A stretch of 64,000 bases of DNA from an uncultured Bacillota bacterium (GTDB lineage: Bacteria > Sysuimicrobiota > Sysuimicrobiia > Sysuimicrobiales > Segetimicrobiaceae). This document shows positions 29,508-37,985 of this stretch, one piece after another (the first letter of the stretch is position 1; every line of letters starts with the position of its first letter). The stretch lies in contig CAWDRG010000013.1 of NCBI GenBank assembly GCA_963804645.1, positions 23,982 through 87,981 on the forward strand, given 5' to 3'. Under the pieces are notes generated by a model. That model saw only the letters and a list, made by a program, of their open reading frames with translations, was not told the DNA's origin and ran no database searches. The position numbers and the translations under genes were made by a program.

Positions 29508-30841
29508 GCTCCGCCTTTCGGCGGACGGTCCAGCACTTCTGGCCGGCGCTCAATCAGTGGCTGGATGCGCTGCCGGACACCCGATATGTGCCGTTCATCG
29601 AGTACGACAAGAAGTTTCTGGCCTGGTGGGGGGTGTTGCTGTTCTGCTGCAAGCTGGGCAGCCGGCGCCAGTTGGACTTTGACTTACGCGATGCGACGAC
29701 GCAGGTGCTGGGCAATGTCAATCGGCTCGCCGGCACGCAGCAAGCGACCTTGCCGGTGCACGACACGTTGGATCACTTCTTGGGGCATGTGGGGAGCGCG
29801 CCGCTGGCGGCGCTGCGGACGCAGATGATCCGGCGGCTCCTCCGGATGAAAGTCCTGGATGCGGCGCGGTTGCTGGGGCGCGTGGTGGTCGCGATCGACG
29901 GGACCGGCCATCTCCACTTTCGCACGGAGCATTGTCCCCAGTGCTTGGTGCGGCGTCATGCGACCCACGACGTGTATCTGCACATGGTCGAAGAGGCGAA
30001 ACTCCTCGGGCCCGGCGGCCTCGGGCTGTCCATGGGGACGGCGTTTATCGAGAACGCCGATCGGCCGGCGCGGGCGGGGCGCGACCTGGACTCATGGAAG
30101 CAAGACTGCGAGCTGGCCGCGTTTCGCCGCCTGGTACCGAGCCTGCGGGAGGCGTATCCCCAGACGGCCTTGTGTGTGACCAGTGACGCGCTGTATGCGT
30201 GTGCGCCGGCCGTGCGGTTGGTCGAAGCCCAGGGCTGGAGCTATGTGTTCACGTTCAAGGCGGGGAACGCGCAGACTGCTTGGACCGAGTTTCAGGCCGT
30301 GTTGGCGTTGTGCCCGGAGCACGTCCTGCGGCTGACCCTGCCGAATGGCACGCGGCAGGCGTACCGATGGGCGACGGGGATGACGGCGGAGGATGCGCAC
30401 CGGCGCCCGTACCGGTTCAACGCCTTGTTGTGCGAGGAGACGGTCAAGGACACCACGACGACGTTCGTGTGGATGACGAACCTGCCGGTGACTCGGGAGA
30501 CGGTCGTGGAAATCGCGATGAAAGGGGGGCGACGTCGCTGGACGATTGAGGCGGGATTCAATGTCCAAAAAAACAGCGAGCTGAACTTGGAGCATCCCTA
30601 CAGCACCGATCCGGAGTTGATCAAGGCCTACTACTATCTCCTGCAGATCGCACACATGATGCTGCAACTACTGGAGCGGGGGAGTCTGCTTCAGCATCTG
30701 GCCCAGCGGCACGGCAAAACGCCGCTGGCACTGTTTGGCAGTCTCAAAAACATCGCCCGCCGGCTCCTCGAGGACCTGCGCCATCACCTGCTTCCCGAGG
30801 AGTCGAGACCCGCCATCCAAATCCGCTTCGATACCTCCTAA
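29384..30841 (+). CDS. DDE transposase (intact; start uncertain)
   Basis: AIDGTG, SDALYA, GRRRWTIEAGFNVQKN. Confidence 0.88.
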   Translation: MGRRIPAAAPGDPGEHGASAGADPGPRPRPEAAGGSIHGTLSSAFRRTVQHFWPALNQWLDALPDTRYVPFIEYDKKFLAWWGVLLFCCKLGSRRQLDFDLRDATTQVLGNVNRLAGTQQATLPVHDTLDHFLGHVGSAPLAALRTQMIRRLLRMKVLDAARLLGRVVVAIDGTGHLHFRTEHCPQCLVRRHATHDVYLHMVEEAKLLGPGGLGLSMGTAFIENADRPARAGRDLDSWKQDCELAAFRRLVPSLREAYPQTALCVTSDALYACAPAVRLVEAQGWSYVFTFKAGNAQTAWTEFQAVLALCPEHVLRLTLPNGTRQAYRWATGMTAEDAHRRPYRFNALLCEETVKDTTTTFVWMTNLPVTRETVVEIAMKGGRRRWTIEAGFNVQKNSELNLEHPYSTDPELIKAYYYLLQIAHMMLQLLERGSLLQHLAQRHGKTPLALFGSLKNIARRLLEDLRHHLLPEESRPAIQIRFDTS

Positions 30842-31017
30842 ACACCGGGGCGCTGGTGGCTGCTCCGGCTCTCGCACTCGCTGTGCTCGCTGCGCTCTTC
30901 ACCCTCTCGAAGCCGATCGCTTCGAGCCCACTCTCCATCACGCTGTTTCCGGCGTTCCCAACCCGCTCCCGGATGCCCGGCCTGCCGGGTCCTATTCCTC
31001 ACCGTTGATTCGGCGAA

Positions 31018-32314
31018 GGTAGTGTACGGTGTTGTGTGTAAAAGCAGGGACCCCGAAGAGAGAGGGCGTACCCCCGACCTGACCAACCGAAAGGAGGGAT
31101 ACGCCCGATGGCCAGTGTAGCCGCACTGACCGATCTCACCGTAGCCGATTTGTGGAGGGAGGTCAAGGATGAAGCGACCCTGTGGGGCGATGTGTCTCGG
31201 GAGACGCTCCGCACGGTCAAGCTCTTGTTGGAGAACCGGATGCACGATGAGTTGATCAACCATCTGAATGCTGGCCGGTATACTCGGAATCCGGACCGGC
31301 AGGGGTATCGGAATGGCGTCTACCGCCGCCGCTTGGTGACGACGTGGGGCACCATTCCCGATCTCCATATCCCCCGGGCCCGCCAGAGCGGGTTCCAGCC
31401 CTCGGTGCTCGGCCGCTACCAGCGCCGCACCAGCGACGTCAACACGCTCGTCCGTGCCGTCTTCCTCGGCGGCCTCTCGACCCGCCAGGTCGGGCCCGTC
31501 CTCGCCAAGCTCCTCGACGATGTGGTGAGCCCCACGACCGTCTCGACGATCACCCGGGCCTTGGATCAGGCCGCGGCGGCCTTCCACCACCGGACGCTGG
31601 GCGATCACTATCAATATCTGTTCCTCGACGCCGTCAGCCTCCGGGTGAAAGGGCTCGCGGGGAGCAAGCGCCGCTTGATTCTCGTGGCCTACGGCATTCG
31701 GCCGACCGGGCAGCGGGACCTGATCGATTTCCGGCTGGCCCGCTACGAGACCCAAGCCACCTGGGAAGCCTTTCTCACGACGCTGGCCTGCCGCGGGTTA
31801 GTGGGGAAGCAGTTGCAGCTGATTACGACGGACGGCCAGCGGGGCCTCCATGCCGCCCTCGATTTGGTCTATTCGGACGTCCCGCGCCAAGCGTGCTGGG
31901 TCCATGTCCTCCGCAACGTGGCCAATCGGCTGCGGGTCAAGGACCGGGAGGCGTGTCTGCGCATGGCGCGCCGGATCTATCAGGCGCCGACCGCCCACGC
32001 CGCGCGCCGCCTCCTGCGCCAGTGGGTCCAGGCCTGGCAGGCCACCGCCCCCGCGGCGGTCGCCTGTCTGACGCGCGAGGAGGACGCTCTGCTCAGCTTC
32101 TATGCCGTCAACGAGGCGGACTGGCGCCGGGTGCGCACGACGAACGCGATTGAACGGGTGTTTCGCGAAGTCCGCCGGCGCACGCGCCCCATGACGTGCT
32201 TCACGAACGTGGCCAGCTGTGATCGGATTATCTATGCGATCGTTCAGGCTCTGAATGTCCGGCAGGCGAGGCGCTCTCTCTCACGGGAATTTACACAAAA
32301 CACTTGACACTACC
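31018..32314 (+). mobile_element. IS256-family insertion sequence
   Basis: 25-bp IRs GGTAGTGT...TGTGTAAA (21/25 match); perfect 9-bp TSD TTCGGCGAA at 31009-31017 and 32315-32323. Confidence 0.95.
31108..32307 (+). CDS. IS256-family transposase
   Basis: YRNG..R, GLSTR, LFLDA, TTDG, QACWVH, RTTNAIERVFREVRRR. Confidence 0.95.
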   Translation: MASVAALTDLTVADLWREVKDEATLWGDVSRETLRTVKLLLENRMHDELINHLNAGRYTRNPDRQGYRNGVYRRRLVTTWGTIPDLHIPRARQSGFQPSVLGRYQRRTSDVNTLVRAVFLGGLSTRQVGPVLAKLLDDVVSPTTVSTITRALDQAAAAFHHRTLGDHYQYLFLDAVSLRVKGLAGSKRRLILVAYGIRPTGQRDLIDFRLARYETQATWEAFLTTLACRGLVGKQLQLITTDGQRGLHAALDLVYSDVPRQACWVHVLRNVANRLRVKDREACLRMARRIYQAPTAHAARRLLRQWVQAWQATAPAAVACLTREEDALLSFYAVNEADWRRVRTTNAIERVFREVRRRTRPMTCFTNVASCDRIIYAIVQALNVRQARRSLSREFTQNT

Positions 32315-32319
32315 TTCGG

Positions 32320-32333
32320 CGAACATCTGTTTG
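32320..32333 (+). promoter_or_regulatory. LexA operator (Gram-positive-type SOS box)
   Basis: CGAACATCTGTTTG directly upstream of lexA, overlapping the putative -35. Confidence 0.8.
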
Positions 32334-32360
32334 CGTTGCCACGCGTGTGTGTGTTATAAT
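32331..32360 (+). promoter_or_regulatory. sigma70/A promoter of lexA
   Basis: TTGCGT-N18-TATAAT with extended -10 TGn. Confidence 0.75.
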
Positions 32361-32397
32361 GCGGGGCGCCTGAATTCGGCCATCGGGGGGACGTATC

Positions 32398-33012
32398 GTG
32401 GGCAAAGGGCTGACGAAGCGGCAGCGGGAAATCCTCGCCTATGTGATGGACAACATGCAGGAGCGCGGATACCCGCCGTCGGTGCGTGAGATCGGGACCG
32501 CGCTCGGACTGACCAGCAGCTCCACCGTGCACAGCCATCTCGCGGCGCTTGAGAAGAAGGGCTTCATTCACCGCGACCCTAGCAAGCCGCGCGCGATCGA
32601 AATTCTGAAGGACGGCGCGAGCCAGCCCCCCAAGCGCGTCGTGCATGTGCCGGTCCTCGGCCGGATCGCCGCGGGACAGCCGATCTTCGCAGAAGAAAAC
32701 ATCGAGGACGTGTTTCCCCTCCCCCGCGACTTCGTGCGCGAGGACGCCGCGTTCATCCTGCGCGTTCGCGGGGACAGCATGATCGACGCCGGGATTCACG
32801 ACGGGGACTACCTGGTGGTGCGCCAGCAGGCGACCGCCAACAATGGGGAGATCGTCGCCGCGATGCTCGGCGACGAAGCCACGGTGAAGCGCTACTACCG
32901 CGAGCGGGACCACATCCGGCTGCAGCCTGAGAACAGCACGATGTCGCCGATCATCGCCCGGGACGTCACCGTCCTCGGCAAGGCGATCGCACTGATCCGC
33001 CGCCTTCCCTAG
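32398..33012 (+). CDS. lexA: SOS repressor LexA
   Basis: [20 protein letters not shown] cleavage site, GDSM, TVK. Confidence 0.97.
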   Translation: MGKGLTKRQREILAYVMDNMQERGYPPSVREIGTALGLTSSSTVHSHLAALEKKGFIHRDPSKPRAIEILKDGASQPPKRVVHVPVLGRIAAGQPIFAEENIEDVFPLPRDFVREDAAFILRVRGDSMIDAGIHDGDYLVVRQQATANNGEIVAAMLGDEATVKRYYRERDHIRLQPENSTMSPIIARDVTVLGKAIALIRRLP

Positions 33013-33042
33013 CCGCCCGACTGAGCGTCCCCGGCGCGCCGC

Positions 33043-34413
33043 CTACGACTCGGCGGCGTCGGGATGCTTGCCGCCTACGAGATAGCGCCGGAAGCGGCCC
33101 ACGGCGGTCTCGGGCAGCTCGGCGTCCACGACCAGCCCGTCCGCGCCGCCGTCCCGCTTGAGCACGCGCCCTACGGCGTAGAGCTGCGCGAGCACCGCGC
33201 CGTCCTCGTAGGGAATCGCGAGCCGCACCCGCCGCATCGGATCGGGCAGCCGCTTCGACACCGCCCGCAGCAGGTTCACGAGCCCGACCCCCCGCAGCGC
33301 CGAGACCGGGATGCCCTCCGGCTCCTCGGCCATGAGGTCCCGGACGCCGTCGCGTCCCAGGCGGTCGGTCTTGTTGAACACCACCACGGTCGGCCGCCCG
33401 TCGGCGCCGAGGTCCCGCAGAACCTGCTCGACCGCGGCGCGCTGGTCCGGCCACCGCGGGTGGCTCGCATCGATGACGTGGATCAAGACGTCGGCCTCGG
33501 TCACCTCTTCGAGGGTCGCCCGGAACGCGGCGACCAGATCGTGCGGCAACCGCTGAATGAATCCGACGGTGTCGACCAGCAGGACCGACCGGTGGTTCGG
33601 CAGCACCACGCGGCGCGTCGTCGGATCGAGCGTCGCGAACAGCTTGTCGGCCGTGAAGACGTCGGCCTCCGTCAGCGTGTTGAGCAGCGTGGATTTGCCG
33701 GCGTTGGTGTACCCGACGAGGGCGACCACCGGCAGCGCGGCGTCCTTCCGCAGCTGGCGCTGTCGGGACCGGTGGCGGCTGAGGGCCGCGATCTCGCCCT
33801 TGAGCTCGGTGATCCGCGTCCGGATGCGGCGGCGGTCCGCTTCGAGTTTCGTCTCGCCCGGGCCGCGGGTCCCGATCCCGCCGCCCAGCCGCGACAGCAG
33901 CACGCCCCGGCCGGCGAGCCGGGGCAGCCGGTACGTCATCTGCGCCAGCTCCACCTGCAGGCGGCCCTCGCGGCTCCGGGCGCGCTGCGCGAAGATGTCG
34001 AGCACGAGGGCCGTGCGGTCGAGCACCTTCGTCTCGAGCGCGCGCTCGAGGTTCCGCTGTTGGGCGGGCGACAGCTCGTGGTCGAAGATCACGGTCTCGG
34101 CGCCGGCCGACGCGGCGCGCGCCCGAATCTCCTCGACTTTGCCGGATCCAACCCACGTCGCAGGATCCGGCCGCGCACGGCGCTGCACGACCTGGTCGAC
34201 CACCACCGCCCCGGCCGTCTCGGCGAGCCGGACGAGCTCTTGGAGGGTCTCGGAGCCGTCGGCGTCGAGGCGATCGGCCAGCCCCGCCAGCACCACGCGC
34301 TCCGGGCCGGTCTCCACCGTCTCAACCGTCACGGGACGCGCCGCGCGGTGCCCGTCGGCCTCCCCGTTGCTTCGGCCGAGTCGGTGCCCTTCCGGCGCCC
34401 CGGTGCTCCGCAT
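33043..34413 (-). CDS. hflX: GTPase HflX
   Basis: GTRGPGETKLE, GYTNAGKST, LFATLD, DTVGF, NKTD. Confidence 0.97.
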   Translation of the reverse strand: MRSTGAPEGHRLGRSNGEADGHRAARPVTVETVETGPERVVLAGLADRLDADGSETLQELVRLAETAGAVVVDQVVQRRARPDPATWVGSGKVEEIRARAASAGAETVIFDHELSPAQQRNLERALETKVLDRTALVLDIFAQRARSREGRLQVELAQMTYRLPRLAGRGVLLSRLGGGIGTRGPGETKLEADRRRIRTRITELKGEIAALSRHRSRQRQLRKDAALPVVALVGYTNAGKSTLLNTLTEADVFTADKLFATLDPTTRRVVLPNHRSVLLVDTVGFIQRLPHDLVAAFRATLEEVTEADVLIHVIDASHPRWPDQRAAVEQVLRDLGADGRPTVVVFNKTDRLGRDGVRDLMAEEPEGIPVSALRGVGLVNLLRAVSKRLPDPMRRVRLAIPYEDGAVLAQLYAVGRVLKRDGGADGLVVDAELPETAVGRFRRYLVGGKHPDAAES

Positions 34414-34538
34414 CGCCTACGCGGGCCCCCGACGGCCGCGGTCGTGTGCGATCGCGCGCAGACGTCCGCGCCGCGGGCGCGGGCCGCCGCGCGCATCCGG
34501 CGCCGCTCCCCGCGCTGCCGCGGGCCGTCCCGCGGAGA

Positions 34539-35744
34539 CTACCGTGCGACCCTCGATCCCACGGGGCGCTCCGCGGAGGACGCGCCGAGCGTCTCGCCGA
34601 TCCGTCGAATCGCCTCGGCAAACCGCTCATCCGACGTCGTAAGCGAGATCCGAATGTAGCCCTCGCCGCGCTGCCCGTACCCGGTGCCGGGCGTCACCAC
34701 GACGCCGGCGCGCTCGAGGAGATGGCTCGTAAACCCGACCGAATCGTAGCCCGCCGGCACGGGAATCCACAGGTAGAACGTCGCCTTCGGCAGCGGCGCG
34801 TCCAAGCCGGCGCGCCGCAGCCCCGCGACGACCGTGTTCCGGCGCTCCTGCCACCGGGCGACTCGCTCCCGCACCGGCGCGTCGGGCCCGTTGAGGGCGG
34901 CGACGCCCGCAGCCTGGATCGCCACGAACTGTCCGCTGTCGATGTTGGTCTTGAGCGTGCCGAGCGCCTGAATCGCGTCGCGGTTTCCCACGGCGAAGCC
35001 CAGGCGCCATCCGGTCATGCAGTAGGTCTTGCTGAGCGAGTGGAGTTCGATCGCCACGTCCCGGGCGCCCGGTGCCTCGAGGAAGCTGGACGGCCGGTAC
35101 CCGTCGTAGGCGATCTCGGAGTACGTGTTGTCGTGGACGATGAGCACATCCCACCGCTTCGCAAACTCGACCGCCTCCGCGAAAAACGCGAGCTCCGCGG
35201 TCCCGCCGGTGGGGTTGTTCGGATAGTTGAGAAACATCACCCGCGCGCGGCGCGCCACGTCGGACGGGATCGCGCCGAGATCAGGCACCCAGCCGCCCTC
35301 TCGGCTCATCGGCACCGGGTACGGCTCGCCCTCCGCCATCACCGTGGCGGTCGCGTACACCGGATAGCCGGGATCGCTCACGAGCGCCACGTCGCCCGGA
35401 TTCACGAACACCCACGGGATGTGCGCGAGCCCTTCCTTCGAACCGATCAGCGCCAGCACTTCCTTGTCCGGGTCGAGGGTGACGCCGAACCGCCTCGCGT
35501 ACCAGCCCGCGACGGCCTCGCGGTACTCGCGCGTGCCCTCGTACGGCGGATACTGGTGGGTCGCCGGATCCCTGGCGGCCTTGGCCAGTGCCTCGATGAT
35601 GTGATCCGGCGTCGGCAGGTCCGGATCGCCGACCGCGAGGCTGATCACGTCAACGCCCTTCGCCTTGAGCGCCGCCCGCTTCCGGTCGAGGTCGGCGAAC
35701 AGGTAGGGCGGAATCCGCTGCATGCGTTGGGCGATCTGCATCAT
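34539..35744 (-). CDS. dapL: LL-diaminopimelate aminotransferase
   Basis: IPPYLFA, GDPDLPTP, GSKEG, NYPNNPTG, SLSKTYCMTGWR; miaA-hflX context. Confidence 0.85.
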   Translation of the reverse strand: MMQIAQRMQRIPPYLFADLDRKRAALKAKGVDVISLAVGDPDLPTPDHIIEALAKAARDPATHQYPPYEGTREYREAVAGWYARRFGVTLDPDKEVLALIGSKEGLAHIPWVFVNPGDVALVSDPGYPVYATATVMAEGEPYPVPMSREGGWVPDLGAIPSDVARRARVMFLNYPNNPTGGTAELAFFAEAVEFAKRWDVLIVHDNTYSEIAYDGYRPSSFLEAPGARDVAIELHSLSKTYCMTGWRLGFAVGNRDAIQALGTLKTNIDSGQFVAIQAAGVAALNGPDAPVRERVARWQERRNTVVAGLRRAGLDAPLPKATFYLWIPVPAGYDSVGFTSHLLERAGVVVTPGTGYGQRGEGYIRISLTTSDERFAEAIRRIGETLGASSAERPVGSRVAR

Positions 35745-36700
35745 AGCCTCCCGGGCGCTCCGTCGGACGCGGCGTGTCGTCTCCGTAGTGCCATCATAGC
35801 AGAAATCTTCTCGGCGACCACGTCGGGTGGATCGTCGTCGACGTCGATCCACCGGTACCGCGGATCCGCCCGAAACCACGTCCACTGCCGCTTCGCGTAG
35901 CGGCGCGTGTTGCGCCGGAGCCGCTCCACGGCCTCGAGGAGGCCGGTCTCGCCGCGGATGTGCGGCACCAGGTCCTTGTAGCCGAGGCCCTGCATCGCCG
36001 GAAGCGACGGGGCATACCCGGCGTCGAGCAGCCGCCGCACCTCGTCCACGAGACCGTCGGTGAGCATCCGGTCGATGCGCCGGTCGATGCGCTCGTACAG
36101 GCGCGCGCGGTCCAGCGTGAGCGCGACCATCACGGGCGCCGCTTCCGGCGCCTCCGCAGGCGCCGCGGCCCACGGAATCCCGGTGCGCTCATAGACCTCG
36201 AGCGCGCGGATGATGCGCCGGAGGTTTCGCGGGTGCATCGCGGCGGCGCTCGCGGGATCGACCTCGGCGAGGCGGCGGTGCAGCGTGCCCGCCCCGCCCG
36301 CGCGCTCCTCTTCTTCCAGGCGGGCGCGCCGCGGCCAGTCGGGCGCGACAGCCGGGATCACTAACCCGTCCACCACGGCGCGGATGTACAGCCCGGTCCC
36401 GCCGAGGAGGATCGGCACGCGGCCGCGGGCGCGGATCTCGGCGATCGCCGCGCGGGCGAGCCGCTGATAGTCGGCGACCGTGAACACCTCGGTGGGGGCG
36501 GCAACGTCGAGGAGGTGATGCGGCACCGCCGCGCGATCGGCGCGGGACGGCTTGGCGGTACCGATGTCGAGCCCGCGGTACACCGTCCGGGAATCCGCCG
36601 ACACGATCTCCGCATCGAGCCGGCCTGCCGCCGCCACGGCGATCACGGTTTTTCCCACCGCCGTGGGGCCCGCGATGACGAGCAGCGGGCTTGAGGGCAA
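35741..36700 (-). CDS. miaA: tRNA dimethylallyltransferase
   Basis: GPTAVGKT, SADS..YRGLDIGTAKP, GGTGLY, TRRYAKRQWTW. Confidence 0.96.
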   Translation of the reverse strand: MPSSPLLVIAGPTAVGKTVIAVAAAGRLDAEIVSADSRTVYRGLDIGTAKPSRADRAAVPHHLLDVAAPTEVFTVADYQRLARAAIAEIRARGRVPILLGGTGLYIRAVVDGLVIPAVAPDWPRRARLEEEERAGGAGTLHRRLAEVDPASAAAMHPRNLRRIIRALEVYERTGIPWAAAPAEAPEAAPVMVALTLDRARLYERIDRRIDRMLTDGLVDEVRRLLDAGYAPSLPAMQGLGYKDLVPHIRGETGLLEAVERLRRNTRRYAKRQWTWFRADPRYRWIDVDDDPPDVVAEKISAMMALRRRHAASDGAPGRL

Positions 36701-36734
36701 CGCTACGGGACGGCGCGCGGGACGCCGCAGACAC

Positions 36735-37883
36735 TCATGGGGTGGTCTCGGTCTTCGGGGTCGCCTGGCCGCCGCGGCCCCGGCGCCGGCCTCTGCGGCG
36801 CCGCGCGGTCCCAGACGGCGCGGCGTGCGGCGCAACCGGCGCGACGGGTGCGGCCTCGGACGCCTTCGCCCGATGCGCGACGGCACGATGCACCGGCGGC
36901 GCCGTCGCCTTGATCACGGCCGGTTCCGGCGGCGTGCGCACGGGCGCGCGCTCCGCCTCCCGGGCGCTCGGGCCGTAGGGCCGGTCGTTCAACCAGATCA
37001 GCTGCCGCGGGGCCGATCGGCGATCGAAGTCGTAGAAGGCGCGGTACATCGTCCGCGCGATCTCCACCGCACGGACGGCGTTCTCGGCCGACAGCAGTGC
37101 CTCGGTGCGCGTCTCGCCGCCCCGGTCGGAGCGCTCGACTTCCTCGTACTCGCCCTTGTAGTGGGTCAGCATGTTCCGCCACGAGCGCAGCGTCGACAGC
37201 CCGCGCATCTCGCGTCCGCTCTCGGAAAACGTCTCGCCCGTCTTCCCCGCGAGGCGCGTCACCTCGACCCACTTGCCCTCGGGGGTCATCCGGTCGTAGT
37301 ACCGGTAGCGGCCGGCGAGCCGATCCGTGCCGACCATGCTGATGAACGCTTCGAGTGCGAAGTACGACATCAGGATGGCCAGCAGCGCGTTGGTCCGCTC
37401 GCACTGGCGGTCGGGCGGTGAGGCGTTAGCGCACCGCTCGGCGGCCGCCGCGTGTTCGACGGCGAGCTCGAACATCGTCCGCTCGAGATGCGTGCGCTCC
37501 CACGCTTCTTCATCGCCCGCATCGGGGGTTGCGGCCGGCTCCTCGGCGCGCTCCGGAGCCGGGGCCGGCGCCGCGGCGGCCGCCGGTCGGTTCGCGCGTC
37601 CGGACCGGCGACGGCGGCGCTTCGGAGTGGGGACGGCCGGTGCGATCTCCTGCTGAGGCTCCGCCGCCACGACGTCGACCGGTCGTCCCAGTATCGGCGC
37701 AAACAGGGCCTCCGCCAGCGCCTCGACATCCGGGCTGCCGACAAACGGCGGGAGGGGCATCGACCCCAGGATCTCGGAGGCCGACGGCGGCGTATGGCTC
37801 GCGAGTGCGGCGGCCGGCGCCGCGCGTCCGCCGCCGCGCCGCCTGCGCCGGCGCCTGGGACGTGGCGCTTCAGGTGTCACCAT
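36735..37883 (-). CDS. HEPN-motif protein with Arg-rich low-complexity termini
   Basis: AILMSYFALEAFI and WRNMLTHYK (RxxxxH) in a helical core; poly-Arg tracts at both ends. Confidence 0.7.
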   Translation of the reverse strand: MVTPEAPRPRRRRRRRGGGRAAPAAALASHTPPSASEILGSMPLPPFVGSPDVEALAEALFAPILGRPVDVVAAEPQQEIAPAVPTPKRRRRRSGRANRPAAAAAPAPAPERAEEPAATPDAGDEEAWERTHLERTMFELAVEHAAAAERCANASPPDRQCERTNALLAILMSYFALEAFISMVGTDRLAGRYRYYDRMTPEGKWVEVTRLAGKTGETFSESGREMRGLSTLRSWRNMLTHYKGEYEEVERSDRGGETRTEALLSAENAVRAVEIARTMYRAFYDFDRRSAPRQLIWLNDRPYGPSAREAERAPVRTPPEPAVIKATAPPVHRAVAHRAKASEAAPVAPVAPHAAPSGTARRRRGRRRGRGGQATPKTETTP

Positions 37884-37985
37884 GGACGGACTGTTCGCCG
37901 GTGGCGGCACGACCTCCCCCAGCGCGGCCGGCGGGCGCCGAACGCGGCGAAAGGACCCGGTGCCGTCGCGCCGAACACGAACATA

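Larger units (their letters stand above)
28926..31007 (+). mobile_element. two-gene IS (DUF6788-like + DDE transposase), copy 2, diverged from copy 1
   Basis: IRL CAGCCCTGAAGAATAA, IRR reverse complement CAACGGTGAGGAATAG; flanked by GTTCGGCGA and ATTCGGCGA (31008-31016). Confidence 0.9.

Noticed and set aside
26824-32323. Recurring TTCGGCGA as a CRISPR or integron repeat
   Set aside because: Only 8-9 bp, separated by 1.3-2.1 kb IS bodies; fully explained as target duplications; no cas or integrase gene
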